Below, in pieces: positions 10,575-21,700 of a DNA stretch of 64,000 nt. The DNA lies in NCBI GenBank assembly GCA_963774265.1, contig CAVZDU010000010.1, positions 128,001-192,000 on the forward strand, given 5' to 3'. The notes beneath the pieces are model-generated. The model worked only from the letters and a program-made list of their open reading frames with translations, did not search any database and was not told the DNA's origin. This DNA comes from an uncultured Chloroflexia bacterium. GTDB taxonomy: Bacteria > Chloroflexota > Anaerolineae > CG2-30-64-16. Both the position numbers and the translations under genes were made by a program. Positions within the stretch are counted from its first letter, which is position 1. Each line of letters starts with the position of its first letter.

Positions 10575-11402
10575 TTGTACAAGCTGCTTGCGTTTGACTA
10601 TGATGGTACAGCTGCAGTCGATGGGAAACTGCCGACGGAACGAGTACGCCAGGCCGTAGCCGCAGCACGCACCCAGGGCGCGATTCTCGTCTTGGCCACC
10701 GGTCGGCCGTACGAGTCCGCGGCGCGTTATGCGCATGCACTGGATCTCGATGCGCCCGTAATCTGCTTCCAGGGTGCGATGGTGCGGGAGATTCGCGGCG
10801 AGAAACGCTCACTCTTCGTGGAGCCGGCCCCAGTTGACGCCATGTGCGAGATTTTGACGTTAGCCGACGAACGCGGGCTGGAACTGAACCTCTACAGCGA
10901 AGACCGTATGTATGTGGTTGATAGGGGCCGTTCGGCATCGTTCTATGAGCGGTGGTTCGGCATGGAGATCCAGTTTGTCAAGAGCTACCCCGAAATGTGC
11001 GACCTTTTTGCAGCGATGGGTAGATCGCCACTCAAGGGGCTCTTCATCGGCGCGTCTGAGACCAATGGCGCTTTTCGCGATGAATTGAGCGAGCGATTCG
11101 CCGGACGGCTCGCTGCTGTTCGCTCCCACGATATGTTTGTCGAAGTACATTCGACAGAGGCATCCAAGGGGCACGGTCTGCGCTTTCTTGCGCAACACTT
11201 TGGTGTGTCGCAGGGCGAAACAATCGCTGTGGGCGACTCGGGCAACGACTGCTCCATGATTGAGTGGGCGGGCTTAGGCGTGGCCATGTCCAACGCGTCG
11301 CCTGAGGTGCTCGCCATCGCCGATGTGATAGCCCCTTCGGTGACTGAAGACGGGCTGGCCGATGTTATCGAGCACTATATTCTCTCCAACGGCCGGGTTT
11401 GA
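10575..11402 (+). CDS. Cof-type HAD phosphatase
   Basis: FDYDGT, ATGR, SKG, GDSGND, AMSNA. Confidence 0.9.
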   Translation: MYKLLAFDYDGTAAVDGKLPTERVRQAVAAARTQGAILVLATGRPYESAARYAHALDLDAPVICFQGAMVREIRGEKRSLFVEPAPVDAMCEILTLADERGLELNLYSEDRMYVVDRGRSASFYERWFGMEIQFVKSYPEMCDLFAAMGRSPLKGLFIGASETNGAFRDELSERFAGRLAAVRSHDMFVEVHSTEASKGHGLRFLAQHFGVSQGETIAVGDSGNDCSMIEWAGLGVAMSNASPEVLAIADVIAPSVTEDGLADVIEHYILSNGRV

Positions 11403-11980
11403 GCGCGCTGTCGCATTATTGCGCGGCAGGCGAATTGGTCGCGTTTCCAACGGACACCGTATACGGTGTCGGCGCATTGTGTTGGGAGGATGCGGCCGTC
11501 GCCAGGCTCTATGTTGCCAAACTACGCGCACTGGATAAAGCCATTCCTATTCTCTTGGCTGATATGAGCGATCTTGCGCTGGTGGCTGCGGAGTTGTCTC
11601 CTCTGTGCCTGAGGCTGGCCGAACGCTTCTGGCCAGGGCCCCTCACTCTGGTCGTCCCTAAGGCGGCGCGCGTGTCCTCCGCAGTGACTGCCGGTGGTGA
11701 GACTGTGGCAGTCCGGATTCCAGACCTGGCGTTGACGCGCGCTTTGATTCGCGCCGTGGGCGCGCCCCTGGCAACCACCAGCGCGAACCTGTCGGGTGCA
11801 CCGTCACCGGTCGCCGCTGAAGAAGTCGCGGAGCAATTGGGTCGGGGCGTTGCGATGATACTCGATGGCGGGAGATGCCCGGGCGGCACTGCCTCCACAG
11901 TGGTCGACGTCACCGGCCCGGCGCCGCGCATCCTGCGCGCTGGTCCCCTCACCTGCGAACAGATTCAGTCCGTGTTATAA
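11399..11980 (+). CDS. tsaC: Threonylcarbamoyl-AMP synthase (YrdC/TsaC, no SUA5 domain)
   Basis: FPTDTVYG, KLR, WPGPLTLV, TSANLSG. Confidence 0.9.
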   Translation: MSALSHYCAAGELVAFPTDTVYGVGALCWEDAAVARLYVAKLRALDKAIPILLADMSDLALVAAELSPLCLRLAERFWPGPLTLVVPKAARVSSAVTAGGETVAVRIPDLALTRALIRAVGAPLATTSANLSGAPSPVAAEEVAEQLGRGVAMILDGGRCPGGTASTVVDVTGPAPRILRAGPLTCEQIQSVL

Positions 11981-11987
11981 TCAGCAC

Positions 11988-13112
11988 ATGCTGATCGGGA
12001 TCGACGCCAGTCGCGCTGCGATCAAACACCGGACGGGGACCGAGACATACTCGGTGCACGTCATTCGCGAGTTACTGCGGTTGGGTCAACGGCATCAGTT
12101 CCGGCTCTACACGAACGGCGCCCTGCCGGTTGGGCTGTTGTGGTCAGGCGCCGCGCCCGCACACGCCGAAGTTCGCTCCATCCCGTTCCGGCGCCTGTGG
12201 ACGCACGTCCGTTTGAGTCTGGAGACTTTGGTGCGTGAGCCCGATGTACTGTTCGTCCCGGCGCATGTCCTGCCGTTGCTTCATCCACGGCGCAGTGTCG
12301 TAACAATCCATGATCTGGGCTATCTGCATTATCCTGACGCGGATACCGCCCGCGCCCGTGACTATCTGGACTGGTCCACCCGTTGGAGCGCACAACAGGC
12401 GACCGCCGTCCTGGCAGATTCCGAAGCCACGAAAGTTGATCTCGTGCGCTTTTATGGCGCCGAAATTGAGAAGGTCCACGTCGTCTACCTGGGACGGGAT
12501 GCCGGGCTGACACGGGTCACCGAATCACTCCACCTGGCGGAGGTGCGAGCGCGGTATGGTTTGGCACAGGAGTATCTGCTCTTTGTCGGCACGCTTCAGC
12601 CCCGTAAAAACCTTGAACGGATCGTTCATGCCTTTGAGCGCATCTGTGGTCGTTCGGATCTGGCCGAGACACAATTGGTCCTGGCAGGGAAGCGAGGCTG
12701 GCTTTATGAGACGCTGTTTAGCCAGGTGGCGCGAGCCGGGTTGCAGGGCCGCGTAGTCTTCCCGGGGTATGTGGCGGATGAAGACCTTGGCGCGCTCCTG
12801 AGTGGCGCAACGGCGTTCGTCTTTCCATCTCTTTACGAAGGGTTTGGCATCCCTGTGCTGGAAGCAGGAGGTTGCGGCGTGCCTGTCATCACTTCAAATA
12901 CATCTTCCTTGCCTGAGGTCGCTGGCGATGCCGCGCTGCTTGTCGATCCGCACGACGTCGATGCGATTGCCGACGCGATGTATCGACTGGTCACGGATGA
13001 ATCCTTGCGCGCTGAACTGGCCCGCCGTGGGTTGGAGAACGTCAAGCGGTTCTCCTGGGACAAGTGTGCGCGTGAGACGCTGGCAGTCCTGGAGAGCGTG
13101 GCAAAGAAGTGA
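11988..13112 (+). CDS. Glycosyltransferase family 4
   Basis: TIHDL, VGTLQPRKN, FPSLYEGFGIPVLEA. Confidence 0.92.
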   Translation: MLIGIDASRAAIKHRTGTETYSVHVIRELLRLGQRHQFRLYTNGALPVGLLWSGAAPAHAEVRSIPFRRLWTHVRLSLETLVREPDVLFVPAHVLPLLHPRRSVVTIHDLGYLHYPDADTARARDYLDWSTRWSAQQATAVLADSEATKVDLVRFYGAEIEKVHVVYLGRDAGLTRVTESLHLAEVRARYGLAQEYLLFVGTLQPRKNLERIVHAFERICGRSDLAETQLVLAGKRGWLYETLFSQVARAGLQGRVVFPGYVADEDLGALLSGATAFVFPSLYEGFGIPVLEAGGCGVPVITSNTSSLPEVAGDAALLVDPHDVDAIADAMYRLVTDESLRAELARRGLENVKRFSWDKCARETLAVLESVAKK

Positions 13113-13858
13113 ATCGCGGGTCTGTTCGCATTCTTGGTGTGCGCGTCGATGCCGTTACCTTCGACGGAATGCTCGATCGAATCGGGGCGTGGATCCTAGA
13201 GAGCGGTTCGCATCAGGTCTGCACTGTCAATCCCGAGTTTGTCATGGAAGCGCGTCGGAACGCTGCCTTTGCTGCGGTGTTGGAGGCGGCCGATCTGTGC
13301 ATCCCTGACGGCGTGGGGTTGCTCTGGGCAGCCAAACACTTGGGACACCGGCTGCCGGAGCGGGTGACGGGCTCCGACGGTGTGCCGATGATTGCGGCGC
13401 GTGCAGCCAAACAGGGCTGGCGGCTGTTCCTGCTGGGTGCGGCGCCTGGCGTGGCAGCCCGGGCAGGCGAACGGCTGGCAGAACTCCATCCCAGTCTTCA
13501 AGTCGTTGGCGCCTACTCCGGCACTCCGGCGGATGCTGATGCACCGGAAATCATTGCTCGCATCGCGGCCGTCCGTCCTGACATCCTGTTCGTTGCGTAC
13601 GGTGCGCCAAAGCAGGATCTCTGGATTGCCAGGCATTCTGCAGCCCTGGGGGTGCCGGTTATGATGGGGGTCGGCGGATCGCTGGATTTTGTTGTTGGTG
13701 CTCAGAAGCGCGCGCCAAAGTGGTTGCAGCAACTGAATTTGGAGTGGCTCTACCGGCTGATCGTTCAGCCGTGGCGCTGGCGGCGCCAGATGGCATTACC
13801 CAGGTTTGTGCTGGCCGTGATCAAGGAGAAGTATCTTGGGCCTCGTCTTGAGCCTTAG
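13109..13858 (+). CDS. WecB/TagA/CpsF family glycosyltransferase
   Basis: TVNPE, PDGVG, ERVTGSD, GAPKQDLW, GVGGSLD, LEWLYRL. Confidence 0.92.
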   Translation: MNRGSVRILGVRVDAVTFDGMLDRIGAWILESGSHQVCTVNPEFVMEARRNAAFAAVLEAADLCIPDGVGLLWAAKHLGHRLPERVTGSDGVPMIAARAAKQGWRLFLLGAAPGVAARAGERLAELHPSLQVVGAYSGTPADADAPEIIARIAAVRPDILFVAYGAPKQDLWIARHSAALGVPVMMGVGGSLDFVVGAQKRAPKWLQQLNLEWLYRLIVQPWRWRRQMALPRFVLAVIKEKYLGPRLEP

Positions 13859-14315
13859 CGAAGCCGTTGCGTGGCGGCGTGGGCAGTCCGGCGTGGTGGT
13901 ATTCACCAACGGCCATTTCGACCTGTTGCACATCGGGCATGTGCGCTATCTTCAGGCGGCACGTGCGCTGGGCGACGCCCTTATCATCGGTCTGAATAGC
14001 GACGCATCGTGTGCAGCCCGAAAGCCGGGCCGGCCCCTGGTCCCCGAAGCGGATCGGGCAGAACTGCTGGCAGCATTGGGGTGCGTCGACGCGGTTGTGA
14101 TCTTCGACGACTTGACTGCTATCGGGTTGGTCGAGGCGCTTCAGCCGACGATTTACGTGAAGGGAGGGGACTGGGGGCGGCCCGGCGGACCTTATCCACC
14201 CGAAGCCGCCATTGTGGAAGCCTATGGGGGACGGGTGGCTTACCTGCCTTATGTTCCCGACCGGTCCACCACGCTGATCATTCAACGGATTCGTTCGTTG
14301 CCCGAACCGGCATAG
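13836..14315 (+). CDS. Nucleotidyltransferase of the HIGH/CTP_transf_like family (RfaE domain II/HldC-like)
   Basis: FTNGHFDLLHIGH, GLNSD, YVKGGDW, STT. Confidence 0.85.
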   Translation: MGLVLSLSEAVAWRRGQSGVVVFTNGHFDLLHIGHVRYLQAARALGDALIIGLNSDASCAARKPGRPLVPEADRAELLAALGCVDAVVIFDDLTAIGLVEALQPTIYVKGGDWGRPGGPYPPEAAIVEAYGGRVAYLPYVPDRSTTLIIQRIRSLPEPA

Positions 14316-14336
14316 CCGCCTCGTCAGAATGCTGCG

Positions 14337-15947
14337 ATGAGTCCCTCAGCCTTGGAAGGCACGCAAAGCAACCGTAGCACCGCGAGCGGGGGCTTGGCGC
14401 GCTCTGCAGGCATCCTCGGCTTGGGAAACATCGCCAGTCGCGTCATAGGTCTGGCGCGCGAGTCGGTCATCTCCGGTTTCTTTGGCGCAAGTGGGCAACT
14501 GGATGCGTTTCGCCTTGCCGCCCGCCTGCCTACGATGGTCTACGACCTACTGGTCGGTGGCATGCTGAGCGCGGCGCTCGTTCCTGTCTTCAGCGAATAC
14601 GGCCGGACCGATCGGCGCGATGAGCTAGCCAAGGTGGCCAGCGCGGTCTTCAGCCTCATCGCCCTGGCCATGGGTATTGTAGTTCTCCTCATTGAGGTTT
14701 TCGCGGGCCCGTTGGCAGGCGTGCTCGGCAACTTCGAAAATCCCGAGCTCCAGCAGGTTCTGGAGAACTGCCTGCGCATCATTGCGCCAGCCGTGCTCTT
14801 GTTCGGCATTACCGGGGGCGTCACTGGCCTGCTCTACGCGCTGCGAAGGTTTAGCTACACGGCCATCAGCGGAGCTGTGTTCAACCTCGGCATCGTCGTC
14901 CTGACGCCTTTGCTCGCCCGGCGTTTCGGCATCTACGTGTTGCCACTGGGTATCGTGGCTGGCAGCCTGATGCAGCTGGCTGTCACGGCGCCGGGGCTGC
15001 GTGATCTGCGCATCCGATTGGGTGCGACGTGGGGCCACCCTGCTGTGCGGCGGATCGGGCGGCTCTATATACCCATCGCACTAGGGCTCGTCGTCACTCA
15101 ATTCCAAATCATTGTTGACGGCCGATGGGCGTCGGCCGCGGGCGAGCAGAGCGTAAGCTGGATGGGGTTTGCCACCACGCTGATCCAATTGCCGCTGGGA
15201 TTGGTGCCCGTGGCGGTGTCACTGGCGGCCCTCCCGAGCCTTTCGCAGTTCGCGGTCGAGCGGGACTGGGACGGCTTCCGAGATATATTCGGTAGAGGGT
15301 TGCGACTTGTCTTGGTGTTGCTCATCCCGGCAACCGTTGGCCTGTGGGTGATGGCTGAGCCGGTCCTCCGGTTGCTGTTTCAGCACGGTGATTTCTCGAG
15401 CCATGACACGGTGATGACGGCGCGTGCTCTGCGCTATTACCTTATCGGATTGCCGTTTGCAGGTGTCGACTTTCTTCTGAACTACACCTTCTACGCGCGT
15501 CAAAACACACGCACGCCAGCCACTGTTGGTGTCATTTCCGTGGGCTTCTACTTTGCTACGGCGCTTCTTTTGAAGGGTCCCCTCGGATTTCTGGGGCTAG
15601 TCCTGGCGGATTCAGCCAAGCAAGCCGGACATGCCGTCATTATGAGCATTCTGCTTCTGCGCAGCGTTGGCCGGCTCCACCGGCAGGATATCCTTCGTAC
15701 GCTGGGAACGGCTGGCGGCGTTGCGCTTCTCATGGGCATTGGTGTCTCGATTCTGGTACAGGGCCTGGGCCCTGTCATTCCCAACGGCAAGCTCGGAGCA
15801 CTGCTCACTGTTGCCGTTGGCGGTGGGCTGGGCGGCGTCTTCTATCTGGGTGCGCTGCGACTGCTGGGCATTCACGAAGTCACCCGGCTGGTCGATGGAA
15901 TCCTTGGGAAGGTGCTGAGGCGCAAGAACAATTCTAACGGAAATTGA
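14337..15947 (+). CDS. murJ: Lipid II flippase MurJ/MviN (paralog 2)
   Basis: SRVIGLARE, LDAFRLAARLP, GGMLSAALVPVF, QLPLG, FYARQNTRTP. Confidence 0.9.
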   Translation: MSPSALEGTQSNRSTASGGLARSAGILGLGNIASRVIGLARESVISGFFGASGQLDAFRLAARLPTMVYDLLVGGMLSAALVPVFSEYGRTDRRDELAKVASAVFSLIALAMGIVVLLIEVFAGPLAGVLGNFENPELQQVLENCLRIIAPAVLLFGITGGVTGLLYALRRFSYTAISGAVFNLGIVVLTPLLARRFGIYVLPLGIVAGSLMQLAVTAPGLRDLRIRLGATWGHPAVRRIGRLYIPIALGLVVTQFQIIVDGRWASAAGEQSVSWMGFATTLIQLPLGLVPVAVSLAALPSLSQFAVERDWDGFRDIFGRGLRLVLVLLIPATVGLWVMAEPVLRLLFQHGDFSSHDTVMTARALRYYLIGLPFAGVDFLLNYTFYARQNTRTPATVGVISVGFYFATALLLKGPLGFLGLVLADSAKQAGHAVIMSILLLRSVGRLHRQDILRTLGTAGGVALLMGIGVSILVQGLGPVIPNGKLGALLTVAVGGGLGGVFYLGALRLLGIHEVTRLVDGILGKVLRRKNNSNGN

Positions 15948-16013
15948 CGATCTTGGGCTGCATGACTATAATGACACAGTTTGAAATCATTCATCCGCAA
16001 GAGGTTATCTCGA

Positions 16014-16361
16014 ATGGCCAAGCAGAAAAAGGTTCAGTCTCGCCGTGTGCCGCGTGCATCGAATCCACGTATGTATGGTGACGGCAAGTCGTCTGAGACT
16101 ACGGATAACACACAGGCAGCGACCCAGCCAACGACGTCTGGCATCCGAACCGCAGGTTCGGGCGGCGCCAGCGTCACTCCGGCTGTGCGCAGTGCAGGCA
16201 CGACGCCTCGCACCTCGACCGGTGCTGGCGGTTCCTACGCGCTGCGGGGCTTGAGTATGACCACCGATTACACCTATGTCCGGCAGGACTTGCGCCGGCT
16301 GGGCGTTGTGGCTGCGTCCATTCTCGGCCTTCTCGTGGTTCTTTCGATCGTTATCCCTTGA
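16014..16361 (+). CDS. Small hypothetical protein with basic N-terminus, S/T-rich linker and C-terminal TM anchor
   Basis: GAGG RBS, DYTYVRQDLRRLG followed by a TM; upstream TGACTATAAT. Confidence 0.65.
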   Translation: MAKQKKVQSRRVPRASNPRMYGDGKSSETTDNTQAATQPTTSGIRTAGSGGASVTPAVRSAGTTPRTSTGAGGSYALRGLSMTTDYTYVRQDLRRLGVVAASILGLLVVLSIVIP

Positions 16362-16378
16362 TCGAATAGCAGCGCAGG

Positions 16379-16416
16379 AAAGGGGCCTTGGCTGGTCGAC
16401 CAGCCAGGCCCTTTTT
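16379..16416. terminator. Bidirectional intrinsic terminator
   Basis: AAAGGGGCCTTGGCTGGTCGACCAGCCAGGCCCTTTTT hairpin between convergent genes. Confidence 0.8.
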
Positions 16417-16419
16417 GAT

Positions 16420-17202
16420 TTAATCCTCTTGGGCCGGAGACGGTTCGATCGGCAAAGGGAACCAACCTGTCATCAGCGTTTCAACTGCGATATGGACGAT
16501 CAGGCATAACCACAGGTTGCGCGTCATCACGAACAGGCCGGTGGTGGTTACAGCGAGAGTCACTCGACGGAGCAGGGCCTGAGCATCGCCTGTTCGACCC
16601 AGCGTCGAACGGCTGAAAGGATCAAGCACCCATTCCGTTCCGGCCACCGCCAGCCCCAACCACGCACCCCAGTACAAGGGCTGGTCGTGGAACGCGCCGG
16701 TCAGGCGTGTTAGCGCGGGGAACTCCGGCGCGGTAAGTGGTGCAAGCATCAACCATTCGGCCACGGCGGCGCGGTAGAATGTCCAGTGCCACTGGTGCAG
16801 TGCACCTTCGACCGGTGCGCGCAAGGCCGGAATGATCCGCGCCATGCCGCGGGGAAGAGGGCCCTCGGGCAATGAACGACGATAAATCAGCCAGCCGAAC
16901 ACCATTCCGCCTACAATGATTCCGGACAGCGCCATCCCATCCGACAGGGTGGTGGGCCAGTTGACTTCCGTAAGGCCGAGTGTATACGGAGACAGGATGC
17001 CCTCTCGCATTGCGAGGTACGGTGGCAGCAGATAGATCAGCGCCAGGATCAGCCAGCCCAGCGGCGCCAAGGGTCCGTGGCGAAACCTGGACTGTACGGA
17101 GCGACCGCGAACCGCAAGCCAGGTCAGGTTCGTTGCAGCGATGATCAACAGGAAACTGCCGGTCAGCCAGGCGGCGGGGTTGGACGGATCGGTTAAGCCC
17201 AT
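16420..17202 (-). CDS. Multi-pass membrane protein, weakly CPBP/Abi-like
   Basis: Several TM segments; C-terminal TRNLWLCLIVH resembles CPBP motif 4, but the EE motif is not conserved. Confidence 0.6.
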   Translation of the reverse strand: MGLTDPSNPAAWLTGSFLLIIAATNLTWLAVRGRSVQSRFRHGPLAPLGWLILALIYLLPPYLAMREGILSPYTLGLTEVNWPTTLSDGMALSGIIVGGMVFGWLIYRRSLPEGPLPRGMARIIPALRAPVEGALHQWHWTFYRAAVAEWLMLAPLTAPEFPALTRLTGAFHDQPLYWGAWLGLAVAGTEWVLDPFSRSTLGRTGDAQALLRRVTLAVTTTGLFVMTRNLWLCLIVHIAVETLMTGWFPLPIEPSPAQED

Positions 17203-17383
17203 GCCTCGATTGTAGCGCAGATCGCACCTCAGGCCAAAGTAAATAGGAAGAGGATGAATATTCCTGGCTTCGTGAATCCGATGGCGTAAGGACGTGTCGG
17301 AGGACACCTCGAAGGACGGGGTCCTGGTAAGATCATGTCATAAAAGTCGATCAGACGAAAACATTTACTTGAGGAGACAACCA

Positions 17384-17935
17384 ATGTCCTGGAAAATTGA
17401 TACTTCGCACACCACGATAGAATTTGGTGTAAAGCATATGATGGTCACGACCGTGCGCGGTCGGTTTAACAAGTTCGACGGGGTAGTTACTGAAGATCCC
17501 AGCAACCTGTTGAATTCGAAGATTGAAGGATGGGTGGATCTGACCAGTGTGGACACCCATGATGCAAATCGTGACGCTCATCTGCGCTCTCCAGATTTCT
17601 TTGACGCTGAGAAATTCCCCCGCATGACCTTTGTTAGCAAACGCATCGAGAAGACCGGCGGGGATCAATACAAGGTCACGGGCGAATTGACCGTCAAAGG
17701 GGTCACGCGCGAAATCGTGTTTGACGTCTCCAACGAGGGCCAGTACAAGAACCCGTGGGGTGGCACAGTTTGGGGTCTGACCGCCAATGCCGCCTTGAAT
17801 CGCAAAGATTTCGGTTTGAATTGGAACGTTGCTCTCGAAACCGGCGGGTTGCTGGTCGGCGAGCAGGTTAAAATCCGGGTGGAGATGGAACTGGTGCAGG
17901 TCGTCGACGAACCAGCAGTGGCAGTCGCCGCCTGA
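17384..17935 (+). CDS. YceI family polyisoprenoid-binding protein
   Basis: WKIDTSHT, KHMM..VRGRF, RDAHLRSPDFFD, RKDFGLNWN. Confidence 0.93.
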   Translation: MSWKIDTSHTTIEFGVKHMMVTTVRGRFNKFDGVVTEDPSNLLNSKIEGWVDLTSVDTHDANRDAHLRSPDFFDAEKFPRMTFVSKRIEKTGGDQYKVTGELTVKGVTREIVFDVSNEGQYKNPWGGTVWGLTANAALNRKDFGLNWNVALETGGLLVGEQVKIRVEMELVQVVDEPAVAVAA

Positions 17936-18016
17936 GCGAAACGCTCTTCGGCATTCGGACGCGAGGTCACACAAGATGTTCTTTGTGACCTCGTGTCGTC
18001 GCGTTAAGAGGTGTCT

Positions 18017-18646
18017 ATGGCTCTACAATTGCATGGCGAAGGGCCCGTGCTGACCTCCGGCGAACCGTTGGCAACTGCCCGCGCGGCCATGATCATGCTG
18101 CACGGACGGGGCGCGACGGCAGAGAGCATCCTCGCGTTGGCTCCCATGTTCCACGCGGACGGCGTAGCCTACCTGGCCCCACAGGCAACCCACAGCACAT
18201 GGTATCCGCACCCGTTTACTGCTTCCCTGGAGCTCAATGAGCCCTGGCTGTCGTCTGCGTTGACACGCGTGGGGCAGTTGCTCACAATTGTGGCGGATGC
18301 CGCCATTCCAATGGAGCGCACCTATCTTCTCGGCTTCTCCCAGGGTGCCTGCCTGGTCTTGGAGTACGCTGCGCGACATGCGCAACGCTATGGCGGCATA
18401 ATAGGATTGAGTGGCGGGTTGATCGGTCCTGACGGCACGCCGCGCAACTATAGCGGTGGCATGGCAGGCGCTCCCGTCTTTCTTGGTTGCAGTGACGTTG
18501 ACTTTCATATCTCCAAGGATCGGGTTATTGAGTCGGCATCCGTCTTCCGCCGCCTCGGCGCCGATGTCACTCTACGGTTCTACCCCAACATGGGACATAC
18601 CGTGAACGATGACGAGATCGCTTTTGTGAAGGATATTCTGAAGTAG
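18017..18646 (+). CDS. Phospholipase/carboxylesterase
   Basis: LHGRG, GFSQG, MGH. Confidence 0.9.
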   Translation: MALQLHGEGPVLTSGEPLATARAAMIMLHGRGATAESILALAPMFHADGVAYLAPQATHSTWYPHPFTASLELNEPWLSSALTRVGQLLTIVADAAIPMERTYLLGFSQGACLVLEYAARHAQRYGGIIGLSGGLIGPDGTPRNYSGGMAGAPVFLGCSDVDFHISKDRVIESASVFRRLGADVTLRFYPNMGHTVNDDEIAFVKDILK

Positions 18647-18703
18647 TAGCGAAAGCGGCGGTGGTTACTCGTCTGGAGGGCAATCCCCGATTATAATACC
18701 GTC

Positions 18704-21700
18704 ATGACGGTCAATTTGAGTTTGCTTGGTCGGCCGCGTGTATCTGGGGAAACGGCCGATTTGCCGGCGAAGGCCATCGCACTGCTAGGCTATCTGGCCA
18801 TCGCAGACGAAGCTCAACCTCGCGAGCGGATCTTGGGTCTCCTCTGGGGTGAGAGCACCGAGGAAGCAGCACGCAAGAACCTGCGCAACGCGTTGTGGGC
18901 CGTACGCAAAAGCGTGGGTGACACGGGGGTTGTGGCGGTAGGGGACCGGTTGGCGCTGGGACCCCGGTTTGAAGTCGATGTGCGCCGCCTCCTGGCGATG
19001 CAAACCTCCCTGGATCCCCGAACACTTCTTGAACTCTATACCGGTCCATATCTGGATGGCGTGCGATTGGCCGATGCACCGGAGTTTGAGCTCTGGCTGA
19101 CCGCTGCACGAGAACGCCTTTCACAAGTCTTTTTAGGACGCATCGTTGAGGGATTGAGCACGTTAGCGCAGGCAGGCGCATGGCGGGAAGTCGCCGACTT
19201 TGCTCGTTCGGCGCTAAGTCACGAACCACTTCAGGAGGAGCTTCACCGCTTGCTCATGGAAGCGCTGGCCAATCTAGGGGAGCGCGGCGGGGCAATCCGG
19301 CAGTTTGAGGCTCTGAGGGCAGCCCTCGCACTTGATCTCGAGGTGGAACCTTCTCCCGAGACACTGGCCTTGCGCGACGCTATTGCGGCGGGCCCGTTGC
19401 CTCGTTCCCCGGCGCCTCGGCCGCATGTGGACACCCGGCGACCCCGCGATCTGGCTCAGCCTCAACCACAAACCGGCCCGCCATTCGTTGGAAGGAAGGC
19501 CGAACGCGTCGGTTTAACTGACGAGCTGGCGGCCACCACACGGGGCCAGGCGCGCGTGGTCCTTATTACGGGCGAGCTAGGTATTGGGAAGTCGCGGCTG
19601 TGGCGTGAGTGGAGGGCAAAAGACGCTGGCGATTGCACGATTCTGGAAGCGCGCTGCGTCGAGGCGACCAGCAGTCTGCCATTTGCGCCGCTCGTCGAGC
19701 TGCTTTCCGATCATCCACGGACGCATGAACTTCTTCATATCCCAGGGTTGGTGCCTCCGGCTTGGGTGGCCGAGGTTGCGCGCCTGCTGCCGGAACTCCG
19801 TGATGCTCTCCCAACTCTGCCACCGCCCGCCGTTTTGCCGCCCGGGGAAGAGCGGCATCGGGTTTTCGAGGCCTTCGTGCAGGTGTTGTTGGCGCTGGAT
19901 GCGCGCCCGCTGTTGATCTTTCTTGATGATGTTCACTGGGCGGATCGGACGACGCTGGACTGGCTCCCTTACCTGGTCCACCGGATGCGCAATCGTCCGC
20001 TGTTGCTGGTGCTAACCTATCGCTCCGGGGAAGCGCCGTCAGTTCTGGTTCATCAGGTTGCTGCATGGGCGCGCGAGGGTGTGTTGCGGCGATTGCCACT
20101 CGCTCGCTTTGACCCTGACGAGACCGCGCAGTTGATCGGAGGCTTGGGCGTCGATTCAGCGCTGGCCCACCAATTACAGGCTAAGAGCGCAGGCAACCCC
20201 TATGTCCTGATTGAACTGAGCCAGAATGCAGATATCGCGACATCTGACGCAGTCCCTCCCGCGCTGGCAGACCTTGTGCGGTCGCGGGTTGAACGGTTAG
20301 GAGAGTCGGCGCGTGCCGTATTGCAGGCGGCGGCGGTATTGGAGCCGGAGTTTGACTTACCCCTACTCGCGCTTACGGTAGCCCGTGATGAAGAAGAGAT
20401 GCTGGATACGCTGGACATCCTGCTCGGATCCGGGGTGTTAATTGAGCGAGGCAAATGGTTCGCGTTCAATCATCCTTTGATTTCGAGTGTCGTGCGGGAA
20501 GAACTAAGCGCCGCGCGACGGGGCGTGTTGAACCGGCGCGCGGCTCAAGCTCTGGAGGTGATGTACGCCGGCAGGGTGGAACCGGTGGCGGGGTTGATCG
20601 CAAATCACTACGAACATGCAGGCGAAGCCACCTCAGCGGCCCACTATGCTGACTTAGCGGCGGAACACGCCTTGTCCCTGGCGGCGCCCGCAGAGGCGGT
20701 AGCGTTTCGACGGCGGGCGCTTTCGCTCGATCCAACCTCGCAACGACAGTTGGGTTTGGCCCAGGCGCTGTACCGTTCCGGCGCCCTTGCGGAGGCGCGC
20801 CAAGCCTACGCCGCAACCTTGGAGGACGCGGAGCGCAGCAGTGATGCCGCGACGGCCGCTCGCGCCTGCCTGGGCATGGGGGACACGTACTTGCTGACTG
20901 GCTGGGCCGACGAAGTTGTGCAGTGGGCCGAACGAAGCCTCCGATATCTGGATGCGGAGTCGGATCACGCTGCACATGCACACGCACTCTTTCTTCTCGG
21001 AGCCGGTCGGCTGCGGGCAGGTGGCAAGGATTTGGTGGAGGCCGAACGCAATTTGGACGATTCTGTGCAGCTAGCCGAGACCCATAACCTGCGCGATACG
21101 GCAGTCATCAGTCGCTTTGAGCTCGGCAATGTGTTGGCCGAACGCGGAGATCTGCATGCGGCGGTCGCGGCCTATCGCCAGGCCGCCGACCTGGCGCGCA
21201 CGGCAAGTGACCCTAACCAGCAGGTGCTGGCGCTGAACAACCTCGCCTACCACACCATGTTGCTGGGTGAGTATGAGGCGGCCCTCGGCCATATCGGCGC
21301 GGCGCTGGAACTGGCGGAGGCGTACGGTCTGCGTCTCATGTTGGAGTATCTGTTCAGCACGCGCGGTGAGATTGCGCTCGCCGAAGGGAAGTGGGATGAG
21401 GCCGAGGTGTGGATCGTACGGAGCCTGGATGTGGCTCGGGAACACAACAATGTGGCGCACGTGGCAAAATGCCAGGCCAATCTTGGGCTGATAGCGCGCG
21501 GTCGCGGGGATCTTGACACCGCGCTGCTCCAGCTGGAGGAGGCCGTGACACTCGCGGCCCCGTTGACAGCGCGCTATATGCAGACGCAGATTGACCTGTG
21601 GCTGGGTGAGGTCTACGAGGCCCGTGGTGAACGCGCAGCCGCGGTCGAGGCTGTAAGCCGGGCCGAAGATCGGCTGGCCAACAACCACTACGGCCGGCTC

